Positions 53,701 through 64,000 of a stretch of DNA of 64,000 nucleotides are shown one piece after another. The notes under the pieces were generated by a model. The model made no database searches, was not told the DNA's origin, and worked only from the letters and a program-made list of their open reading frames with translations. The first letter of the stretch is position 1. Each line of letters starts with the position of its first letter. The translations under genes and the position numbers were made by a program. Origin of the DNA: the human T2T-CHM13v2.0 reference genome, Homo sapiens; the NCBI RefSeq assembly GCF_009914755.1, contig NC_060933.1. One strand, written 5' to 3'.

Positions 53701-54219
53701 GTGAGTCACCCTGGGGATGGAGCCGGAGGTTGGTGTCCAGAGAGGGTGAGAGAGTGTGGGGTCCACAGAGCAGGGCCTGTGGACTGAATGTTCAGGAATG
53801 TTGTTCTTCTTCCTTCACTGCCACTGCCAAAGGTCCTCCCACCCAGCCCTGTCCTTCAGCTCCCTCTCAGGAGGGTCCTGCCACCTAAAACACCTTAGTG
53901 GAAAATAGACTTTCTTGTGTAGGACCCAGAGGGAGTAGGGGAGAAAGGGATCTGGTCATGCTCAGAAAATGTGGTTCCAAATCCCAGGGCCTCTAACTCT
54001 AGGGTAATGTCACCTCTCCCCTCCTTTACACAGTCCCAGGGATCACTCACATCACTAGGGGCTCAGTGAGTGCTGGAAGTCAGTATCAAAGGCAGATCAG
54101 CTACTTAGGTGGGGCCTCCCAGGTTGGCAAACACTGGGCAGCAGCAGGGACCCTGGTCTAGAAGAAAAAAGCCAATGTTTATTCAGCAGCTGCTGTGTAC
54201 CAGACACTGTGCAAAGTGA

Positions 54220-54450
54220 TTTTGTTTTGTTTTGTTTTGTTTTGTTTTATTATTATTATACTTTAAGTTCTAGGGTACATGTGCACAACATGCAGGTTTG
54301 TTACATATGTATACATGTGCCATTTTGGTGTGCTGCACCCATTAACTCGTCATTTAGCATTAGGTATATCTTCTAATGCTATCCCTCCCCCCTCCCCCCA
54401 CCCCACAACAGTCCCCGGAGTGTGATGTTTCCCTTCCTGTGTCCATGTGT
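54220..54450 (-). mobile_element. Young L1PA 3'-end fragment with a (TTTTG)n tail
   Basis: attatactttaagttctagggtacatgtgcacaac... is the typical primate L1 3'UTR, including its G-rich tract. Confidence 0.92.
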
Positions 54451-55389
54451 TTTAAGGAGAGTTTCTCATTTAGTCTTGGTGATAACTATTGCATGAGATA
54501 CTAGGCAGGGATCTTGTTTTACATAAGAGGATACCAGGGCCTCTAGAAGTCAAGGCACCCACCCAAGGTGACCCAGCTAATAATCCCCAAACCAAGATGT
54601 AAACACAGCTCTAAGTCTATTGCTGCTTCTGTTTGTGCCACACTGCTTTTGCTTTGTATGCCCAGAAATCCAGAAATACTATTTTCCTGAAGCATTAGGG
54701 GTTGAGTCTCACTCACCAAGCCCACTGGAACCGGCAGGCAAACCAGACACTGACGCCTTCATTTAGAGTGATCAATACACTTTCTGCATGAACTAAACTC
54801 TTCATGCCTGCCCTCAGAGCCTCACCTCTCCTGCTGCAAGCTCCTGCCTCTAGGCTTAGAGGAGAAACTGTTGCATGGTACTAAGGCCAAGCTGGCTTCA
54901 CTTTGAAAATGACTGTGCTATCTAACAAGAGTTTTGCATTTATGCTTGCATTTCTGAGACACATTTCCTCTGGCAATATATCACATGAGGGACCCCCACA
55001 GTCCATTCCCACCCGTATACTGGGAATGCACTGATAGGGGAGCCTTAGGCTCAGTATCAACTGGGTGTCAGAATCTGAGTTGCAATCTCAGTTCTGCTGT
55101 AAGTTGCTGTGTGGTCTTGAGCAGGTCACCTCCCCTCTCTGGGCCTCATTAGCTGCATGTGTTAACCAGAGACAATACTTGTTGCCCTGCCATCTTCCCT
55201 ATGGTTTGTTGTGAAGATACAGTGAGGCCAGGGACATAGAAGTGCTCTGTGGCTCCCTGAGCAACCTGAGAGAGAAGTTGGTTGGCTTCAGCAGACCCTC
55301 CTTTCCTTCCTCTGGAGGAAGTGTCCTGTGGCTGCCCCTGCATTCACAACAACCTGAACTAATGGAATGGCCTTTTTTTCTTCCTTCAG

Positions 55390-55458
55390 GGCCCACCTGG
55401 CTTACCTGGCCCTCCAGGCCCCCCTGGGCCACCTGGAGCTGTGATTAACATCAAAGGA
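55390..55458 (+). CDS. COL15A1: COL15A1 exon ~29 (69 nt) [23 protein letters not shown]
   Basis: tccttcag|GGC ... GGA|gtaagt. Confidence 0.95.
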
Positions 55459-55553
55459 GTAAGTTGGCACGCAGTGGGAAGACCTTCCCGATTGGCCTAA
55501 GCTGGAGTCAGGTGTCCTGTTGACCTCACCTCTCTTGTTCTCATTACCCACAG

Positions 55554-55595
55554 GCCATTTTCCCAATACCCGTCCGACCACACTGCAAAATGCCA
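55554..55595 (+). CDS. COL15A1: COL15A1 exon ~30 (42 nt) AIFPIPVRPHCKMP
   Basis: acccacag|GCC ... CCA|gtaagt. Confidence 0.93.
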
Positions 55596-58087
55596 GTAAG
55601 TAGCAATCACTGCCTTAAAGAGCAGGCTTTGGCATGGATAGCAACTTGGAGAAAAAGATCAGTCTTTGTCTTGGGCCCTTTCTATCCTCAAATGTCCTCT
55701 CTGATGTCTTCTGTCCCCTAAGTGTAGACCCTCAAGTGACTAGAAGCTTTTAGATAACAGGTCGTGGCAATGAAATATACTGGATCTTCTAAGGGTGCAC
55801 ACACGGTGAGGTGCTTCTTTTCATACAATCTAAAAAGCAGTGTCTTTTGTTATTGCGACCACATTAGCTTCATGCTTGGAGTAGTATAAAACTGGGAAAA
55901 ATAGACCCGTTAGAAAACATAGATTAGAAAACAATCCATGCCAACCCATGATCTTTGCATTGAGAACTTTGTAACTAACTATGCTGCCCTTTCCCAGTGA
56001 TCACATCACTGCACCGCACACAACACTGACAGGCAGGGCTGATCTCTCCCATTTTATGATAATGAAACAAACTGTGACTCAGAGAAGCTCACTGGCTTGT
56101 CCAAGGTCATGGGACTTGACTGAGCTGGGATCATAACTCAGGTCTCCTAACCACCAGGCAGCAGGTGCAGACACTGGGATGCTGAGGGGTCAGGCACTTG
56201 CCCGGCCCCCCAGCCATTGAGCAGCTCTGTCCCTGATTTTTTACCCACAGGAAGAGAGTCAGATTTCTGTGAGAAAACCCAGTGGGGAGGGTGGGCCTTG
56301 TGTACAGGCCTTAGTCACAGAACCATGCATAATCATTCTCTCATTCATTCGACAAATATTTATTGAGCACTTATGCAGTGCTAAGGACTCTGCCAGGCCC
56401 TGGGGACACAACGGTGAACTAGACGGATGTGGCCTCTGCTCTCAGGAGCTTGCAAATTACAATTTAGAAATATTCTTTGAGGTGAGTTCGTAATTGATCC
56501 CTGTTGGAGGTGATGTTAAGGCTTGGGTCATAGCCTTCAAAATGACGCAGTTTGGCCGCGTATTTGCCCAGACATCTGGCTAAGTCTAAACGTTGAGGCA
56601 TCCAAGTCTGCAGCTCAGGGCCTGGGAACTCTGGCCTAGAGGGCAGGACCCACCTATGTCAGGTGACTAACGGGCTCCAGGCTCTACATGGAGACAACAG
56701 CAACCCAGTATGTGTTTATATCCATGGCCTGAAGAGAAACATAAAATCTCAGTGCTGGAGTGACCTTCCTGGGCAGTCGCTGCATCCCACCTGCTTATCA
56801 CACAGGAGAGACCACACAGCCCAGAGAAGCAAAAGGCTGGCTCCAGGTCACACAGTGAGTCAGTACAGCAGCCTCTCCTAACTAACATGATTTCAGGCCT
56901 CAAATGAGCCAGCCACAGAACAGCACTTGACAAATTTTAGAGTGCGGTAAAAATGCTACTGCAATTATCATGACCTGCACCAGGACCTCTCACAGTAACC
57001 ATGGCCTTTGGGGGTCGTGGGGATACCTAAAAGAAGGAAAAGATAGGCTCAAAGCATTTTTAGTAAGATTTTTTACTTCATATTGCCTGGCTAGATACTG
57101 TAGGAGCTGGGTCATAGACGTTTCTTGTCCAACTCTCAAAATGGACATTTTGAAACAGAAATGCTTCCTCTTACAGCCAGCATCTCATGAGCCCCTTCTA
57201 GTTTCAGCTCCTTCCAACACCCTAATCATTTACAGCTCATGTCTGTAGTGGAGAAACTTTATCAGCATAGCCTGCAAGATAACAGCTTGGAGCTGCAACT
57301 TTCATCCTTAACTTAGAAATGTTTTTCCTGGTAGATTTCCTCCCCACTCCCATCTTTTCTTGATGGCCCCTGAGCAGCTTGTGACCCTCCACCCGTAAGC
57401 ACAGAAGGATTTTGGCACCATACGGATGACTTTGATTCTACACATCAATTGGGAAGAAGCCAGGTTTCAAGTGGCTTTGTCTGAATAGAGAAGGAAATGC
57501 AGGAATCTGGGGAAAACTGGGAAGGAATATTATCCAGAACAGCCTGGACTCCAGACCCCTGAAACTTAATGAGGTGTCCAGAATAGCACCCCCAATCTAA
57601 TGATAACCCCCTTTGCTAATTACCTGCCCATGATGCTCATCTTTGATTACATGCAATAGCTAAGCTAATGGCTGACCCGGTTTCACGGTTGGGCATGTCA
57701 CTTGCTCGGATGCTTGACCTTACACATGAATCAATCCCAACTGATAAGAAAGGAAGACAAGAATGTTCACAGTTGGCCAAACCACCACTGCCACGATTTG
57801 TTGTCTTAAAGCTTTGGGCTTCCTTATGGCTGAGTTTTTTGGCCATTAGGCCTCAGCTCTGTCTCCCCAGCTCAACTACATCATGGGTCTCCCAGTTTAA
57901 AGCCTGGGATGTCTGTGCATTGACAACTCCTGGGGACTCAGGGCTTTGGGGGACTCCAGAGCCAAAGGAAGGCCTGACTCTGTGGCATTGCCTCTTTTGT
58001 CACATGCCCCCGGGACAGTGGCTGCCTGTTTCTGCAAACACCACGGCAGAGCTTGCAGTGCCTAACCTGGCCTTCCTCTCTTTCCAG

Positions 58088-58133
58088 GTTGATACTGCTC
58101 ATCCTGGGAGTCCAGAGCTCATCACTTTTCACG
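58088..58133 (+). CDS. COL15A1: COL15A1 exon ~31 (46 nt) VDTAHPGSPELITFH(G)
   Basis: ctttccag|GTT ... CACG|gtatac; phase 0 to 1. Confidence 0.9.
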
Positions 58134-58594
58134 GTATACACTCCCTTCTTCATCATTTGTTTCTCTGGGACATCTCCTTGAGGAAGATGGTTTTCCTTTG
58201 CCCAGTGCAGGGCGCAGACTAGGTGGTCAGGAAGGTCTAACTGGATGCTGTAGGGGTGGGGATGGCAGCTGAGCCAAGGCTGTGGGGCTGTGCACCTCTC
58301 TTTGGTTTGGTCACACATGTGCCTATTCTGCTCATCTTAGCTGAGCCTCCTAGTTGGCAACAAGCACTCTGTTCTTTCAATTGTTCATTTGTTCATAAAA
58401 CATTCACTGATGCCTATTCCTTACTTGGTATGATCTGCACTGGGCTGAGGCAGATTCCAAGAGCCTGAGAAGCGCTGTTCCTGCCTCTCAGGCTCTTGGA
58501 ACCTGTTAAGTGAAACTACTTTAAAAACAATTATAGTGCATTATACTAAGAGCTGATCAGGGAAGGGCCGTGGGAGCTCAGGAGACCCTTGCCT

Positions 58595-58742
58595 CGGTGT
58601 CCATGCAACTTTGTAAGCATCTCCTGGGAGCTTGTTAGAAATGCAGAACTTCAGGCCCCACCCTAGACCTGCTGAATCAGAACCCGTGTTTTAACCATCT
58701 CCCGGGTGAGGTGAGTGCACAGCAAAGTGTGAGAAATGCTGG
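58595..58742. mobile_element. MER5A-like hAT MITE
   Basis: gcatctcctgggagcttgttagaaatgcagaacttcaggccccaccctagacctgctgaatcagaa. Confidence 0.8.
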
Positions 58743-60275
58743 CTCAGAGGGTTTGAGTAGTAAATGTCAGCATATTCATAGCCACATGCAGGAGCTTTGC
58801 TATGGCACATCAGAAAGGCACAGGCCAGGGGATGGGGCCTGCAGGTGAGCAGTCACTCTGGTCCCCCTGTCCTCACACACCCTGTCACGCCACTTGGGGT
58901 TTAAATAGAGGAAGGTCTTTTTCCTCCAATATTCACTTTCAGCTTGGCTGTGTCACCCCGGCCCACGAGGTGGTGGTCTCCCTGATGATATCTAGCCCTG
59001 TGGTTTTTCTGTCACTTCTGCTTACCAAGCCCAGCCTGTTTGCAAACTCTATGCTTAGATTCAGTTCAAGGCTCCCCTTTCCCCTGATGCAAGGTGGACC
59101 TTGGGGAGCAGGGGATGGAGCTGGATTTGTTTTCTCAGATTCCCCAATTGTTCCTCTTCCCTGTGAGCCTCCCCTGGAAGGAGGGGGAGGGAACAGATCT
59201 TTCTGGATGTGACAGCTCCTAGTGAGCAATCATCCTGCTTACTGTGTGCAGCTACTACTGCTCCGGTTGGTGCTGGTGCACTTGCTGTCTTCTCTTCTGA
59301 TCACTGCTGTCTGTGGGCTCAGTGTGGGTGAAGGAGGCCCCATGGGCCCCACTGCGCAGGTCATTGGTCTCACACAGCATTCCCAGGGTTGGAGAGGCCT
59401 CGACAGATGTAGTTGCCGCTCCCTACTGACCCCCTGTTGACACCATCATTCCTGTGATGCTCATATTCCCTCCCCTTCATTGAGAAAGCCTGAGTCGCTA
59501 GCCTCATCTACACTTTGTGGCCCCATCTCTAGGCTCAAGACCATTGGTGGGTTGATCTGTCACACCTCTTGGGAACGAGGAATTCAAAGACCTAGCGTCC
59601 ACCCTACCCATCAAGGTGGGGAAAGGGAACCACTTCCCTTCCCAAGCAGTGATCTCCCAAAAGGCTTTCCTCCATGCCCCCTCCCATATAAAGAGTTGAG
59701 GGGAAAGGTGGGGATGGAATGCCAGTTCTGCAGAAACAGTGTTTCTCACTAGTCCTGTGGGGATGTACAACACTTCATGGTGGGCATTCTCACAACTTTG
59801 TACGTAGAAAACTTAGCGCCCTTGGTTGTCCTGTGCGGGCACTCTTGGGAGAGCCCTCCTGTTCCCTTACAACCCCATGCTACACAGGCCTAGATGAGAT
59901 GAGTCTGGAAGATTGACATGGTGCTGAGTCTCTGTCTTCATTTGTGGCACTGACCAAGCCAGGGTTAGCCGCAGCCTCTGCTGCACTCACGGGATGCGCT
60001 GCTGGAACCTCAGTGAGAGCACATATTTCATCTTGCCTTGCGTTACTGTGAGCTCTGTCTGTCTCCCAGTAGACTGAGCTTTTCAAGGTTGAGAATGTGT
60101 CTGAAGCATCTACCTCTGCCCTCTTTATGATTTTACACTTGCTGATCTCTCAGGAGGGCTTTGTTTGAGTGGACTTTGCTAAATGAGCTTAGTTTGAAAA
60201 CCTGTCTCAGAAAGGTTTTATATAGAAAGAAGGTGATTTTCCATTTTTTTTTAACATGTATGTGTTTGGTGGCAG

Positions 60276-60356
60276 GTGTTAAAGGAGAGAAAGGATCCTG
60301 GGGTCTTCCTGGCTCAAAGGGAGAAAAAGGCGACCAGGGAGCCCAGGGACCACCAG
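60276..60356 (+). CDS. COL15A1: COL15A1 exon ~32 (81 nt) (G)VKGEKGSWGLPGSKGEKGDQGAQGPP(G)
   Basis: ggtggcag|GT ... CCAG|gtattc; phase 1 to 1. Confidence 0.94.
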
Positions 60357-60801
60357 GTATTCCAGCTCTTGTTCTCAATCTTGCCTTTGATTTTTTGCTC
60401 CTGAGAACAAATGCGACTGAGAAATGTGACCTAGCCAGAGGGTAAGACTAATGACATTCCACCCTGACCACAGGCTCCACTGGTTTCTAGTGAAAACCAA
60501 GCATGGGCCTGGCATGTCCAATAGGGAACATTGTCAAGAGAGACCAGAAAATCCAATCATTCATCTTTTATATGCAAAACAATGTCCAAAGAAGGCCAGG
60601 GACCTACCTGGGATCCCACAGTGTCTGGGTTGATGGGCCCACAGTAGCTAGCACCTGTTTCTGCTTCCAAGCAGACTCTGTTAGCCAACCCAGTGCAGGC
60701 TCACATCCACTAAGATGTAACTGTGGTTGCCAACTTAGAGACTTTTATTTTAAAATTTCTGAAATTACAATCGTGAATTTTACGAAGCATTTCTTTTTCA
60801 G

Positions 60802-60851
60802 GTCCTCCACTTGATCTAGCTTACCTGAGACACTTTCTGAACAACTTGAAG
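60802..60851 (+). CDS. COL15A1: COL15A1 exon ~33 (50 nt) (G)PPLDLAYLRHFLNNLK
   Basis: tttttcag|GT ... AAG|gtgagt; phase 1 to 0. Confidence 0.93.
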
Positions 60852-60961
60852 GTGAGTATTTCTCTACCAATATTTGGCCTGTGTTTTTCAGGTTTTGGTT
60901 TATGTCAGAGACTGAGTTCATCCCACTCTTACTGAAATATTCCTGTGTTCTCTGCTTCCAG

Positions 60962-61072
60962 GGGGAGAATGGAGACAAGGGGTTCAAAGGTGAAAAAGGA
61001 GAAAAAGGAGACATTAATGGCAGCTTCCTTATGTCTGGGCCTCCAGGCCTGCCCGGAAATCCAGGCCCGGCT
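60962..61072 (+). CDS. COL15A1: COL15A1 exon ~34 (111 nt) GENGDKGFKGEKGEKGDINGSFLMSGPPGLPGNPGPA
   Basis: gcttccag|GGG ... GCT|gtgagt. Confidence 0.95.
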
Positions 61073-61959
61073 GTGAGTAGAGACCCCTCCAAGTCATCTA
61101 CCCCAAAGACTTACAGCTTTCCCGGAAGCCCCCAATGGGACTAGGCAGTTAGGGCTAGTCATTGTACTATAAGCTGGAGGCAGAGCTTGGGGATTAGCCA
61201 GCTCTTTCCCCATCCTTGTTGATTGATGGGCAGGTTGGCTGAGGTCCCTGGAGAGAAGGTAGCTGGTCAAGGCCACATGAAGGTAGGTAACTTCCAGGCC
61301 ATTAGTCACACTGCCTTATTCATGACATTGGTGGAAAATTCACTCCACACAAAGAATGATTAATGGTGAATGCATCAGATAACAGAAGCAGAATGGAAGG
61401 TAAGGAGATATTTTTAGAGGAGCTGTTTGATTCTTCTGAAATTTTATCAAAGGAGCTCCTAGATAGGTGTGGTTTTCCTAGGATGAGAGATTTTTCCAGG
61501 TGAAAGGAGAGAAAGTCAAGCTGTGCCCCCAACAAGAATATGACTAGATCATTGACCTTTGGTCCCAGAGCTCACTGTGAGGGTAGAACCAGCAAAGCCA
61601 GAGATCAGAGTTCTGCCTCTAGCTCTGCATCTAATTTGCTTCATGATCTTGGGCAAGTCCTTTCACTTCTCTGGGCTTCAGTGTCTCCATCTGTGAAATG
61701 CAAAGGCTAGACTAGATGATCTCCAAGGTCCCTTCTGCCTCCAGGAGTCTCTGGGGTTCTCTGTAGAATCATTCAACATAATGACTGGGCTGCCATCTTG
61801 GAGGCCTTACCCCACCTTGAATTGTGCCCAAGATTGAGGATAGTAATAACAATAGCTGGTGTTTATTGATTTCTTTTAAATATTCTCATAAAAGGACTAG
61901 ATGGGACTTCGAGTGATGAATGATGCTTTCTCTCTGTTATTGTGTGCTTGCCTTGACAG

Positions 61960-62104
61960 GGCCAAAAAGGGGAGACAGTCGTTGGGCCCCAAGGACCCCC
62001 AGGTGCTCCTGGTCTGCCTGGGCCACCTGGCTTTGGAAGACCTGGTGATCCTGGGCCACCGGGGCCCCCGGGGCCACCAGGACCTCCAGCTATCCTGGGA
62101 GCAG
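61960..62104 (+). CDS. COL15A1: COL15A1 exon ~35 (145 nt) [14 protein letters not shown]...GPPAILGA
   Basis: cttgacag|GGC ... GCAG|gttagt; phase 0 to 1. Confidence 0.95.
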
Positions 62105-62229
62105 GTTAGTGCCGTAAACAGTGCCCTTGTTCATGCTGTCCCTACCATTGTGTTCAAGGTCACAGCATCTGGGTGGCTTGTCACAGCTGCACTGCCTAAC
62201 AGAGGGCTTTCCTGGATACCGCCTTCTTT

Positions 62230-63030
62230 CTTTTTTTTTTAATTGAGATACAATTTGCACATCATAAAATTCACCCACCTAAAGTGTCTAATCCAGTAGT
62301 TTTTAATATATTCATGAAGTTATGCAGTCATCACCACTGTCTAATTCTAGACCATTTTCATCACACCAAAAAGAAATTTCATACCAATTAGCAGTTGTTC
62401 TCTTTTCTCTCTTTCCCTCTCCTCCACCAGATCTGGGCAACCATGAATCTACTTCTGTCTCCAGATTTGCCTATTCTGGACATTTCATATAAATGGAATC
62501 ATATAATATATGGCCCTTTGAGTCTGGCTTCTTTCACTTAACACAGTGTTTTCAAGGTTCACCCATGTTGCAGCACGGAGTTCATTCCTTACTGTGGCCA
62601 AATAATATTGCATTGTATAGGATATACATTTTGTTTATTCATTAATCTGTTCATGGACATTTGGGTTGTTTCTACTTTTTGGCTATTATGAATAATGCTA
62701 CTATGAACTTTCGTGTACAAGTTTTTATGTGAACATGTTTTCCGTTCTCTTCAGTATATACGTAGGAGAAATTGCTGGGTCATATGGTAACTCTATGTTT
62801 AACTTTTTGAGGAACTGCCAGACTGTTTTCCGAAGGAGTCACAACATTTCTCATTCCCATCAGCAGTGGCAGTGTATGAGGGGGTTCCAATTTCTCCTCC
62901 CATATTATGGTATCCTCATTGTATCTTTTTGATTATAGCCATCCTACTTGGTATGAAGTGATATCTCACTGTGGTTTTGGTTTGCATTTCCCTAATGACT
63001 AATGATGTTGAGCATCTTTTCACATGTGAG
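62230..63030 (-). mobile_element. L1MB-like 3' fragment
   Basis: ttgagatacaatttgcacatcataaaattcaccc ... tttgcatttccctaatgactaatgatgttgagcatcttttc. Confidence 0.85.
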
Positions 63031-63589
63031 TGGAAACTTCCTGGCTGCTTTGTCAATGCCTTAGGGGCGTGAGAACCTGTCTTAATGACCAGCAGTGACT
63101 GGAACTCTGTATATAAAAATCTATTCATCCTTTAGAGCCTCACCTCCTCATATGCAAAACTGGCAAAATTAAAGAAAATCTCTATGTAATGAGCATGTAT
63201 CAGATGCCAGGCATTTTGCTAATCACTTTGCTATGGTATTTTATTGAAACCTCACAACAACACTTTAAAAAAAGCATTAACATCCCCATTGTACAGGTAA
63301 GGAAAGTGAGGCCCAGAGACATTTAGGAACCTTTCCAAGGTCACACAGCTAATAAGTGACACCAACAGGATTCAGACCCAGAGCAGTGTAGCTCCAAAGC
63401 CTGTGTTATTTCTACTATGTCCATTGGAGGAGACAATAATAGCAGCAATAATAGCATGAAGGCATACTTTTTTGTTGTTTGGCTTGGCAGGAGCCAGGTA
63501 TGGTGGAAGCATACCTGGAAAGAGACCTACAGAGTCCTTGGCATAAGGAGAGCTTTACACAGGAGGTGACTTTGGGGCTGGGGCTTTGA

Positions 63590-64000
63590 CTTAGCCTTGG
63601 ATCTTTTGGCTGCAAGTGATAGAAACGTAACTCAAAGTAGCTCAAGCAAAGGGGAAATGTACTGGGTGTGAAGGAGGGAGTGAACAGTCAACTTGTGGGA
63701 GAGGTAGATAAACAGCTGGACCTCAGGAACAGCCAGAGCCAGGGACTCAACCCCTGCAAGGATTCTCTGGCCATCTCTTGTCTCGGCTTCTCTCTGCATG
63801 CAGTTTCACGCTTCCTCACCACAAACCACATCCTCTGCACAGCGGGAAATATGGTTACTGACAACTTACAGCTTCCACTGTCAGCTAGAAATCTTGAACT
63901 TCTTTTACTATTTTAGTTTGAAAAGTCCTGGGATGGGGAAGTCCTAGAGAAGGGTCCTGATGGGCCTGACTTGGGTGAGGTACCCAATCTTGGACAAATC
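63590..64000. mobile_element. MLT1-type MaLR LTR relic
   Basis: ggctgcaagtgatagaaacgtaactcaaagtagctcaagcaaagggg...cttgggtgaggtacccaatc. Confidence 0.55.

Noticed and set aside
57668-58222. 184-aa plus ORF
   Set aside because: Only VDTAHPGSPELITFH (exon 31) is genuine; the rest is intronic read-through.

Overview
This window is mammalian genomic DNA, with Alu, THE1 and L1PA elements indicating primate and very probably human. It covers the middle of COL15A1 (collagen type XV alpha 1, a multiplexin) on the + strand. I traced 30 consecutive coding exons by hand from 2634 to 62104 (2533 nt, 844 codons + 1 nt, no stops, all phases join). From recall these are about exons 6-35 of 42; the numbering is not derived from the window. 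They encode the acidic Ser/Thr/Ser-Gly-rich N-terminal region, including four duplicated repeat exons, and most of the interrupted Gly-X-Y domain. The gene start and the C-terminal restin domain lie outside the window. The introns carry an antisense two-LTR MER4-group provirus (12566-20864; PBS, PPT, TSD and three nested insertions), many Alus, and L1/L2/MIR/MER/THE1 relics. Almost all ORFs in the supplied track are spurious. Best leads: (1) a repeat-poor block in intron 16 with ordered minus-strand splice sites and decayed protein-like frames, possibly a nested antisense gene relic or lncRNA; (2) a 46-bp near-perfect hairpin whose arm has a second partner beyond exon 12; (3) a GC-AG intron; (4) an A28 tract fused to a splice donor. 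Repeat subfamily names come from remembered consensus sequences and were not searched.
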